Shown in pieces: positions 13,849 to 23,716 of a stretch of 64,000 nt of DNA. The position numbers were made by a program, and so were the translations under genes. Source of the stretch: Kondoa subrosea (Eukaryota). Below the pieces are notes generated by a model, which was given only the letters and a program-made list of their open reading frames with translations, did not search any database and was not told the origin of the DNA. Position 1 is the stretch's first letter. Each line of letters begins with the position of its first letter. The stretch covers positions 186,001-250,000 of the forward strand of contig BCIN01000007.1 in the NCBI GenBank assembly GCA_039545335.1, written 5' to 3'.

Positions 13849-14706
13849 TCATGCTTTAGGTGTCTTCGTATTACATGGTTCTGGTATAGGTGAATCTGGA
13901 TCTATTGATGGGTTCAATACTTTGCCTACTTTGAAGTACTTTTCATGCTTGAGAAAGAAAGAGTGCCAATGCTCGACGGACTGCGAACAATCAGCCGATT
14001 TGAGCTGGAAACTAAATGACACTTACCTTCATTGCCTTGTCGTCCAGTCCTCTGAGATCATGCGTTAGATGCGTCTTGAAGCATCCAGTATGAAACGCTC
14101 TTGTACCGTCGACTGTGGTTTCTTCAGCCAACAATTAGGCAGTAAGATGAGATCCCTTACCTCCAGCGAAATGACCATAGCTTCCGCCTGGTCCATACAC
14201 TCTTCGATTTGACGAAACATCAAACACATCCCCTTGAATAGCCAGGTAGAGAGGCAGATCTGGATCTGTCCCATTATAGAGAGCGAGCTGCTGAGGCGTG
14301 AATGTTTGTTGCCTCACCTGCGCCTATACAGTCAGTCTTTTGCTGCTTAAAATGTGATGATACTCACAGGTAACCAAGTCCGCTTCTGCATCCATTTAGA
14401 TTCACTTTGATTCCATGTCCAAGTTCCAGTGACAAGTTTGCTCGCTCCAAAGTTAAAGACCAGCCCGAGAACAAGGAAATAGAGAACAGTCGCTAGCAGA
14501 CCTCCCTCGCCAATTTCATCTTCCAAGAGTTCTTTCTGCTTTGCTGCGACTGCTTGCTTGGATTTGTAGCGTTCTTGGACCATAAAAGGCTGCATGAGAG
14601 ATGAGCTGACGGAGATGAATTCATCCAATACAGAAATGACCTTGTTCGCTTTCTTGTTCGATACCTGTTTCCCTCTAAATAACACGGTCCCTTCTGAGTC
14701 GCTCAT
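13849..14706 (-). CDS. Cytochrome b5-like heme/steroid-binding protein (MAPR family)
   Basis: TM segment then FTPQQLALYNGTDPDLPLYLAIQGDVFDVSSNRRVYGPGGSYGHFAG; C-terminal WHSFFLKHEKYFKVG. Confidence 0.9.
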
Positions 14707-14843
14707 ACTCGTTTCAATTGGAAAGGAGTGGGAGGTTTGTCAAGGTCTGGCTGTTATGAGATGAGAAGAGAAGTGTTCATCGCGTCGAAGATGAATTCTA
14801 TTCTATCACGTGTAATGCACAAGAATACAAGTAGAAATATACA

Positions 14844-16558
14844 TTAGAACTCCATAGATTTGGCCTTGTTAGCTATTCGCACGATATCAGTGGAATCCGT
14901 AAAGCTAGAATCCAGAAACTCACCCTTCTTTAGAGCTATCGTTTCCCTAACCAAACCTTCGCAATGCCTATCAAAGACATCCACATACTTCTTCAAGCTT
15001 GTCCTTTCCCAACCAGTTTCCACATTGCCAGAATTCAACTTGAGCGCTTCCAATTCCCTCAGCAGTTTCCCAACAGTTGGTACATCTTCAGGTTTGAAAT
15101 GCTCAATCTCGTCCAAACTTGCTAAAGGAACGCAAACCCTTCCTGTTGCTGGATGGATACAAAAAGGTGATTTCAGTAAATGGTTCAGATGTTTCGAGAC
15201 TTCAATATCGATTCGCGGGTAGGTGTATTGCAAACGCATGTCGTCTAGAGCATCAGCTCCTTTCTGAGCTGCTTTTGTCTTGCTCTGCTCAAGAAATGAG
15301 ACGGATCAGACATATAGAGCTTGCCCTAGCTTACATACTATTAAAGAGATTAGTAACAATCCAAAATATAAGGGGAAGACTTACTTTGGAATTCTTAGTA
15401 GCATCAGCAACGGCTTGACGCACGTCTTTGTACTTCTTGACTGATGACCCAGACCAGTTCTCTTTTGCCCAACTTGTCTTCAAGTCCGCAAAAGGTCCTG
15501 AAGTATCGTTAGCTATGTCGACGAGCAAATCGAGTTTTGAGCTCACCATCTGATGGCATGATCGCTAATAACGATTCTGCTTGTGCTTGCGTTCGGAAAC
15601 AATCTTGATCTTCTAGAATAGTACGGATGAAGTATGGTTCGAGCGTTTCCAAGCTTCGCCTGTACATTCTTCAGCAAGATTGACCTTGTGAAAGAGGCAA
15701 CCCACTTCAGACTAGGATGTAATGGTCTAGGTAAAGTAACCTTCTTCTCCTGTTTCGCACCACCTTTGACCACATCAATGTAATTCACAATCGATCTTCT
15801 TTGATCATCGTTCAAACTCAAGGCTTCTTTATCTGAAACCCAACAATGAATACCTCTTCGACCAGAATAAACCCAAAGCAAATGTCTGAAACCGAAATCT
15901 TCTCTTAGTATGGTATCGACTACTCTTGCAGCCATAGTAATGAAAGCCCAACATCGTTGACAAATCGATTTATCTGAACAACAAGTTCGAACAGAATCAT
16001 AATCGGTCATATCCACATCAAAGACCAATTCGCGTAAGAGTGGTTTGAAAGTAGCTTTATTGAGCGTTTTCTTGTCTTTCGGCTATACATAACATGAGTT
16101 AGGGACCTTGTGGGTGAACATAGCTCACCCTAGCCGAATAAACTGGACCTATTTCGAAACGAGATGGATTGAGACGCATAACTTCTTTCTTGAGATCTTC
16201 AGCATTTGAGAAGGAGTTGTATCGCAAGTAAGCATCGTTCTGCAAAGTAAAGGCGAATTCTCGATGTGTCCAATTCCGCGAAGGCGTTTGATCCTGATTA
16301 AGCCAGAGAAAGAGTTTCTTGAATGGAAAGAGTCGCTGGTAGTAGGCGAGCATGACATTGGCTGATGTTGAATTAGTCAATTACGCGTCTGAAAAGGAGA
16401 GAACTGACGTGAAGAGACATCGTCAAAGTCTACAGTGTCGTATCTTGAGCCTGCTTTGGCTCTGCTCTTGAAATTAGCGAGTTATTGGAAATCCTGCTCA
16501 GAACGCACAGTGCCTTGTCATCCAGGTCCATGTCAAAGAGATTGTCTAGGTCGGCCAT
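14844..16558 (-). CDS. PRI1: DNA primase small (catalytic) subunit
   Basis: YYQRLFPF..HREFAFTL..YLRYNSF; ELVFDVDMTDYD; WVYSGRRGIHCW; YPRIDIEVSKHLNHLLKSPFCIHPATGRVCVP. Confidence 0.96.
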
Positions 16559-17986
16559 CTTGAACTGGAGAGCTTGGTATATCGCGGCTTCGAGACAAGA
16601 GTCGCGTCGAATTATACATTCGCCTGTTTTGATCCCTGTTTTGATCCCAGACGATGATCAACTGCTCCTTCTTTTGACCTGACTGCCTGTATTCCACCTC
16701 TGTGGTTTGCTACTCTCACGTTAGCTTTGCCTGATGCTTCCGTCGCAATGCCCTTGGTTCCGAAGCTTTCTTGTCATGCTCTATCAAAGTCAAATGTTTC
16801 TGAACAAGATCAGCTTTCGACGCGCTACAGGCTCTGATTCTCTATTTCAATGCTTGTTTCTGCCTTTACATGGCCAAAGGGAGACTAGAACTGCTGCTCA
16901 TCTTCATGGCCTTAGAACCCATAGCTCTGTGCATTGAGCTCGCCTTAGCTCGTCCCGAGTGGTGTCTTTGCGCTCTTTGTATCATATGGGAGGACTAATC
17001 CTGCAATGCATCTGCCGCTTCGCTCATCTTTGCTTCAAGTTCCGATTTTCGCATTTTCATCAATATTCGCAAACATCTTCTTGAATTCTATGCGCTTCTG
17101 AGATACGAGAGACGGCTTTCCAATCGTCGACAACAAAGCTACTCTATCAGAGCCTTCGGAACTTCTGCTAAGTCATATCTGATCTGCTCAGGGTAACATT
17201 CTGGGCGCTATCAAATTCGCCCTGATCGTATCTGGCACATCCTATATTGCACCGCCTAGCGGTATAGATTTCGAATGACGACGGAGGACATTTCGTGCTG
17301 CAATGATGGTGAACAAGATTCTTGGCCGGTTTCGTAGTCAGCTACAGTCAGCTGCACTCGACAACTGCCGTACGATCGACTCTTCCTTCAACGACTTCCT
17401 AGTGTCTACGAATGGTTGCACTCCATACTCTGCATTTCTACCTGATTCGCAAAATTGCGTACAAGCCTTCATGATTGCAGGTGCATTTAATGGCGAAGCC
17501 TTGGTGTGCGATGAGCTGCACAATCGCATGCGAATGGTGTCGTTGTGATTGATGTTGATGCAGATGAAATAGAATTGTGCCCTCGTACGCTTTCGATGCC
17601 CTTACTTTCAATTCTCAAGACAGCCCTTCTGCACACCAAGCGAAAATCGAAACAATCCGCCTTCATTCTGTTTTCATCACTGCCTCTTTGTGTGCTGGTT
17701 GCAGATTGTGGGTTACTCAAACAATCAGTGGACGCGCTAGGTATCTCTTGTTTGTTTACCCCGCCGAAAGCGGACTCCGGTGAAGCCAATCTATCTCCAA
17801 ATGCTCCTGGCCAAGCATATGTCTGCTGCTGTTGTCAATCATGCCACTGAAGCGGTCAAGCCATTGTCAATCAATCGAATTTTTTCCTCGTCTATCTCGC
17901 CGACATTGGTAGAGGCCAAAAACGCCTTACAGCCATCAGCTCAGCGCTGTCTAAGTGCCACACCATCCCTGGCCGTCATTCAACCG

Positions 17987-18126
17987 GGTCTTTTGGTCTA
18001 GAGGTAGTCAGTCCTCTTCTTCTCCAGCTTCCTGGGCGCATTCTGACCTCAATACAGTGATTCACCCTTAGGGATTGCCCGAGCATGATCTGGGTGAGGT
18101 CCTGGGTTCGATTCCCAGAAAGATCC
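17987..18126 (+). tRNA. tRNA-Pro(AGG) with two introns: 18007-18057 (D-loop, position 21/22, GT..AG) and 18074-18090 (canonical 37/38)
   Basis: Joined exons GGTCTTTTGGTCTAGAGGTA|TGATTCACCCTTAGGG|TGGGTGAGGTCCTGGGTTCGATTCCCAGAAAGATCC fold to a cloverleaf: acceptor GGTCTTT/AAAGATC, anticodon stem CACCC/GGGTG, anticodon AGG (18070-18072), T stem CTGGG/CCCAG. A-box TGGTCTAGAGG and B-box GGTTCGATTCC intact. Confidence 0.88.
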
Positions 18127-18767
18127 TAGGCAACTCAAGAACTGCCTCACACGTCTGCTTTCTTTTTTGGCTGCTGTAGAAAGCCATTTCTGTTTGACAC
18201 ATCTTTTTTGTTCACAAGCTTGTCCGTGTCTCACCTGAGAACCGGAACACGTCACGGCATAGCATCGCTCTGCAAGAGTTACTACCGAGTTTTCCAGACT
18301 GCTAAGAGAAGTAGCTTTGCTGGAATTCACGCTTACTTCATTTTTTGGGGCTTCCAGACTACTTTGCAGCGGATCCCCTGAATACTTAACCCACTCTTCA
18401 TCCGCTTTGCTTGCGGCATTGATCTTCAGATAGTCTCGAAGTAGACGTGAGCGAGAGATCTCTCGAGCACACAAAGCAAGAAACTTCCGTTTCCTACGGC
18501 AAGTACTGTTGACGAGTATAGGCAAGGAAGGTCGCAGAAAGAGGTATCAGCGAGACCCTGAGCCGAATATGCATTCATTGATATGTCGAGACGCTTGTTG
18601 CCTCGCCTCGCCTGGCATTTCAGCTCTGTCTCTGGTTTTTACAATCCATTGTTCCCATTCCAGTCGCTTGGAGTACTCTTTACGTACAGAATGATGTAGG
18701 AAGTGTATTGGAAGCGGCGAAAAGTTGACCACAATGACATTGAGTGTCTGCTCATGTCTCAGCGCAC
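18098..18767 (+). repeat. Direct repeat copy 1 (~670 bp), starting inside the tRNA 3' exon
   Basis: Matches 21341-22008 wherever compared by eye; ORF-track translations within the two copies are identical. Confidence 0.95.
18163..18168 (+). terminator. Putative RNA polymerase III terminator (T6)
   Basis: TTTTTT about 37 nt downstream of the tRNA 3' end. Confidence 0.5.
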
Positions 18768-19155
18768 TCGAGACAGGACGCGATAGCCTCGCTCTGCTGA
18801 ATGAGAGTCATCCCATCCAGATTCACGCTCCGAATACAGAAAACCATTCGCTTCGAGATCATAGCGTACTTTCAGTAAAGACAAATTGCAAAATGGTTCG
18901 ACCGAGAGTGTGCCTTTTGGAGGTCAATTCACATCTCGCGAAGAGAGAGCAAGGAGACATGAGCGCACAAACATCGTACATCTGCTGTTCTGACTGCATT
19001 CTCCCGATGCTAGTAGCAAATAATGGTGGAATAGGCTGATGAGGAATCTCTTTTAATGATCGCGTTCCAAGATCGAGAGGACTCCTTGCTGGAGTGATAG
19101 TGGCAGCGGCTTCATGGGCTCCGAATCTGACGTTCAGAAATTGGTGGGTCTGACT

Positions 19156-20676
19156 TCAATTACATTGGTTTCTCTTACTACCTTTGCCCTGGTCCATGTC
19201 CACAATCGTTTCGACCCAGAAAGTGCCGTCGATATCTCTGGTGATAATAGTTCTGAAGGGCTTCACTGGATAAATGACTTTAGTTTGCAATTTGTGAATT
19301 CCATTTTCCGACCATATTTTGATTTCACTTTGACTGCTTCTGCTCGTGTATTCAGGCACACCAGTAAGATCTAAGCTGAAAAGAGAAAGCTTCGGAAATA
19401 GATGACGATTGAAGATAGGTTTGATTTCTTCCAAAAGATGATACATAGTCACCCTGTTCGAGTCGTGGTAGAAATGAAATTGCAAGTCTAGAGTTCTGAG
19501 TTTGCGAAAATATGCAGAAGTATGGAATGAGATATCTCCACTGTATGCAGACCACTCCAGCGAGACTTGAATAAGATTGGGAAAGCTGACTGCCAGAAGT
19601 TGGAAGGCTTCGACCTCACATTCCCAATTCGCCATGCTCAGTCTTTCTATCCTTTCTAGTAATGATTTGCGTTCTTGATTCAGGTGCCAGAGCGCCTTCC
19701 TTGGGCGAAGATCAGCATCTTCAATTTGTAGATTATAGGCTCGGGGCAAGAAGACTAGAGCTTCAGTGACATCTAGATTCGCGTCTTCGCCGTTCGTTGT
19801 CATCCCGTTTTCTTCACACCAGATGAGTTTGCGGACCGGCAGCTGGAAGGACGTGTCCAGCTCAAGGCGTGCGCGAAGAGGCTGAAAGAGAGTAGACAAC
19901 TTGACCATTCTAAGACCAAGAGTATGCAATTGAGGCATGTCCAGTAGTAAGGTGCCGAAATAAGACCAATCGAGAGCGCCATATCCAGGAGACGAGAGAA
20001 ACAAATACGTCAATCCCGGAAAGAAAGGCAAACTTGCAAGAAGACCTGGCTCTGGTAGCGGAGCATCGTCGGCTGTCAGTGCCGCATCCTCAGCAACTGG
20101 ATCGTATACCCAATCGTACGATGGCTCGTAATCCGTCTGGAAAGTGAGACAACGAATCTTGTAGCAGGAATCAAGAAACTTGACTTGTTGTGCCAAAATA
20201 TCTTGAGCTGCTGAGATTGTCTTGACACGAGTTGCTGAGATAGTCCAGACACGATCCCGATTGCTCCAGAAATCTGTTGAATCGCCTTCCTTTGGAATGG
20301 TTAAGGCTGCTAGAAAGACTTCTTGCACCAAGTTTGCGTGTTTCTTCTCTTCCTTCAGGACTTTGACAATCGAGTACGGATCATTCTCGCAGTCTAAGGA
20401 CCCAATAGACCGATACAGGAGAGGCATAGCAAGTCCATACAAGCGGGATGAAACGAGACAGAGTGATGCGAGAGTGGAAAGCTTGCAGCGGCTCGGCAGG
20501 AGCTGAAAGATTTCCAGAAGGAGTTCGCTTGGTGGAAAGATCAAAAAGGACTGCTAGAAGATTAAGGCAAGCCAGATGAAGTCTACCTGAGGAGCATTCA
20601 CCTGATTTTGCCCAACACTTGGGCTGTTCTTTGGTCTTGCAGCCTGCAATTTAATGTCGCACATCAATGATTCCAT
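19156..20676 (-). CDS. F-box-like / LRR-type protein
   Basis: Exon 1 MESLMCD..GQNQ splices in frame to QSFLIFPPSELLLEIFQLL..LASLCLVSSRLYGLAMPLLYRSI (fungal F-box-like signature), then a ~460-codon exon with LxxLxL repeats. Confidence 0.8.
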
Positions 20677-21340
20677 CTCTTGAGTAGCAGTCAGTGGATG
20701 CTGCTTCAGCGCCAATGCATCTGAAAGCTGTAAAGCAGAATCCCGCTGAATCCAATTGCAAGGTTGCGACTGAGCCAAATGTGAGGCTATCGTACTGTCG
20801 CAGACGATGCCTTTGCTTCACCTTGAGACCAAAGCTTCAAAGTGCTTGTTTTGTGCAAACCTGAGTCTTTTGTCAACAGGAAACGCTCACAAGTCACAGA
20901 TGGCGAAGTCTTCAAGAAGAAGAACAGGAGATCACAGTCGCTCGGCGAACGTATGAAGCTACCAGCCCGGGAGATCTGCTGAGTTTCTCAACCTTCCAAC
21001 ATGATACTGTATGATACATCGCACAAGTTTACTTCTTACAACCAAAGCTTTATCGGGGAGATCTCTTCGACAGATATATAAGCTGGATCGCAGGCCTGGT
21101 CAAGCGACATTGCCGAAAATTCCTGAGCATATGTCATGAGAAGCACCATGACAAGGCAACTGTCTCTTGAATTCTCTCGAAATTGTCTGCGTGCCCTATG
21201 TCTGAATGTCCTATTTCTGCTGTTACTGTCCTGCTGCGGATGTTCGCGAGAGCTGCAGCGCCTCATTCTTTTCTTCTTCTGTTTCTGTCTCTGGTATCTG
21301 CGGTATACTATCAATGTTGATACAGAGTCAAGCTCGTATC

Positions 21341-22008
21341 GGTCCTGGGTTCTTCCCAGAAAGATCCTAGGCAACTCAAGAACTGCCTCACACGTCTGCT
21401 TTCTTTTTTGGCTGCTGTAGAAAGCCATTTCTGTTTGACACATCTTTTTTGTTCACAAGCTTGTCCGTGTCTCACCTGAGAACCGGAACACGTCACGGCA
21501 TAGCATCGCTCTGCAAGAGTTACTACCGAGTTTTCCAGACTGCTAAGAGAAGTAGCTTTGCTGGAATTCACGCTTACTTCATTTTTTGGGGCTTCCAGAC
21601 TACTTTGCAGCGGATCCCCTGAATACTTAACCCACTCTTCATCCGCTTTGCTTGCGGCATTGATCTTCAGATAGTCTCGAAGTAGACGTGAGCGAGAGAT
21701 CTCTCGAGCACACAAAGCAAGAAACTTCCGTTTCCTACGGCAAGTACTGTTGACGAGTATAGGCAAGGAAGGTCGCAGAAAGAGGTATCAGCGAGACCCT
21801 GAGCCGAATATGCATTCATTGATATGTCGAGACGCTTGTTGCCTCGCCTCGCCTGGCATTTCAGCTCTGTCTCTGGTTTTTACAATCCATTGTTCCCATT
21901 CCAGTCGCTTGGAGTACTCTTTACGTACAGAATGATGTAGGAAGTGTATTGGAAGCGGCGAAAAGTTGACCACAATGACATTGAGTGTCTGCTCATGTCT
22001 CAGCGCAC
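21341..22008 (+). repeat. Direct repeat copy 2; starts with a tRNA 3' fragment whose T-loop/B-box has a 2-nt deletion
   Basis: GGTCCTGGGTTC--TTCCCAGAAAGATCC versus GGTCCTGGGTTCGATTCCCAGAAAGATCC; thereafter matches copy 1 at offset 3241. Confidence 0.95.
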
Positions 22009-22136
22009 CCAAGACATAGCTGGATAGACTCATTCTGCCGGATGAGATCGAATCTCACCCTGTTCCGCGCTTGTAGCAAGGATACCATACTGATCTTCGC
22101 ATACTCTTACGTAGGGGCTAGATTCAGCAATTATCA

Positions 22137-23503
22137 TTAGAAATCAATCCACTGCCCAATATCTTGCTCAATAGCTGATTCTACCACAAGCTGAGTAACC
22201 GCCACATCCATTGAGCCAATGCCAACGCTCTGAACCTTGTCAGCGTTGGCAGCCCGGAAGCCAATATGCACATTCAACTCACTTTGTAAATTGTGCGACC
22301 TGTAGCTTCAGATTGACTCTCCATCAATTCCCTTACTCTCGCATCATCCTTGGCCAAGAATTGCAATTCTCCAGCTTCAGCTCGACATGCCTTTGCAGAA
22401 TCAACGTAAATCTTGAGATAAGGATCTGCTTGCATCATTGCCTGAAGATCGAATTCGTGCATGTTAGGCTTGTAAGATCCGATAGCAGTAACATGGCAGC
22501 GTTGTTTGAGGAAGGATTGATCGAAAAGTGGCTCTGTTGAAGGTGTGCATCTAAGTTAACTTTAGCTTTCACATCGCAGATCCGCCGATCAAAGTAACAT
22601 CAACGCACAGACATAAGACATCGGCCGCTCTGACCGCCTCCTTCACTTCTTCGGCGCTACTCGCAAGCAATGACTGGACCGGCTGATTAGGAAACTCGTC
22701 CGCTAATCGCTTTGATAGCTCTTCCAAACGCCAGGAAGAGCGATTTACTATGGTAATTCGATGAAGTGAGGGTAGTAGTGGCTTCATGAGCTCTAGATCC
22801 GATCCTCAGCCGTTGTTGGCCTAGAAGGCTTATACCAACCCACTAATATGATAGTATGCTTGAACACCGCTTCCCCAGATCAGAAGATTTCGAGCTTCTT
22901 CTCTCCAAGTGACTAATTGTTGCAAGCTCAATGCAGATCCAGCTCTACATTGTAACGTTGTATCGTTGTTCAAGATGGAAAGGAAATCGCTCAGTGCTCA
23001 CGCCGTTCTCAGTCCGGTCAATGCAGAAGCATTCACGACAGCTCGGGTCTGACCAGTCTTCTCATCGAGTAGGAGAGCTATTGTGCATGTCAGCTTGACG
23101 AAGAAGGCAATCGCACAAAGCTAACTTGTGGCAGGAAGACCACTCGGCGCAGATTCCTTAGGAACAGAGACTACCTTGATACTAGTCGTACATGCCTGTG
23201 GAGTAGATATACTAGCAGGCATGAACAGGACAGAATGATGCGGAGTTTGTAGAGTCGTGCGCAATGGTATTTGGGCAGACAAGGCAGCTGCTTGACAAGC
23301 TTTCAGAAATGTCAGAACAGACATGATATCGGGAGGCGAACACGAAGCAGAGGGAGAAGAAGCTCTCAGACTCATAGCAATACATTCAAGCTTTCGACAT
23401 TTCGTGAGACATTCTCGATAGTAAAGCTCTGGCAGCTCACTATCTTCTGGTGTGACAAGCTGGACACTACTCTTTCGACCGCTGCAGCAGACAGGACCAA
23501 CAT
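22137..23503 (-). CDS. Ornithine cyclodeaminase / mu-crystallin family protein
   Basis: MLVLSAAAVERVV start; QIPLRT..VLFMPA..IKVVSVP; VNASALTGLRTA; IWGSGVQAYYH; AVRAADV; SYKPNMHEFD; YKSVGIGSMDVA. Confidence 0.9.
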
Positions 23504-23716
23504 GGGTGAGATTAGTCGAATCTGGGAGCTTGGTGTCCGAAGAAGACCAGCTCAAACTCTCAAAATGAGTCCACGGATACAGGTCACCACACTATTACTA
23601 GCAGCAGCAACGTCTCAAGGTATTTCAATTGGTGGTAGACCTTTTCTATGTACAAACTGAACGCCATGATAAATTCCCCTGAGAAAACGAAAAGCATACT
23701 TATCCTTTACAATGTT

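Noticed and set aside
16900..17950. Short ORFs upstream of the tRNA, with an in-frame TGA at 17276
   Set aside because: No recognisable homology; a degenerate gene cannot be told from intergenic DNA.
18098..22008. LTR retrotransposon interpretation of the direct repeats
   Set aside because: No TG..CA ends, no evident PBS, PPT or TSD, and no gag/pol in the interior.
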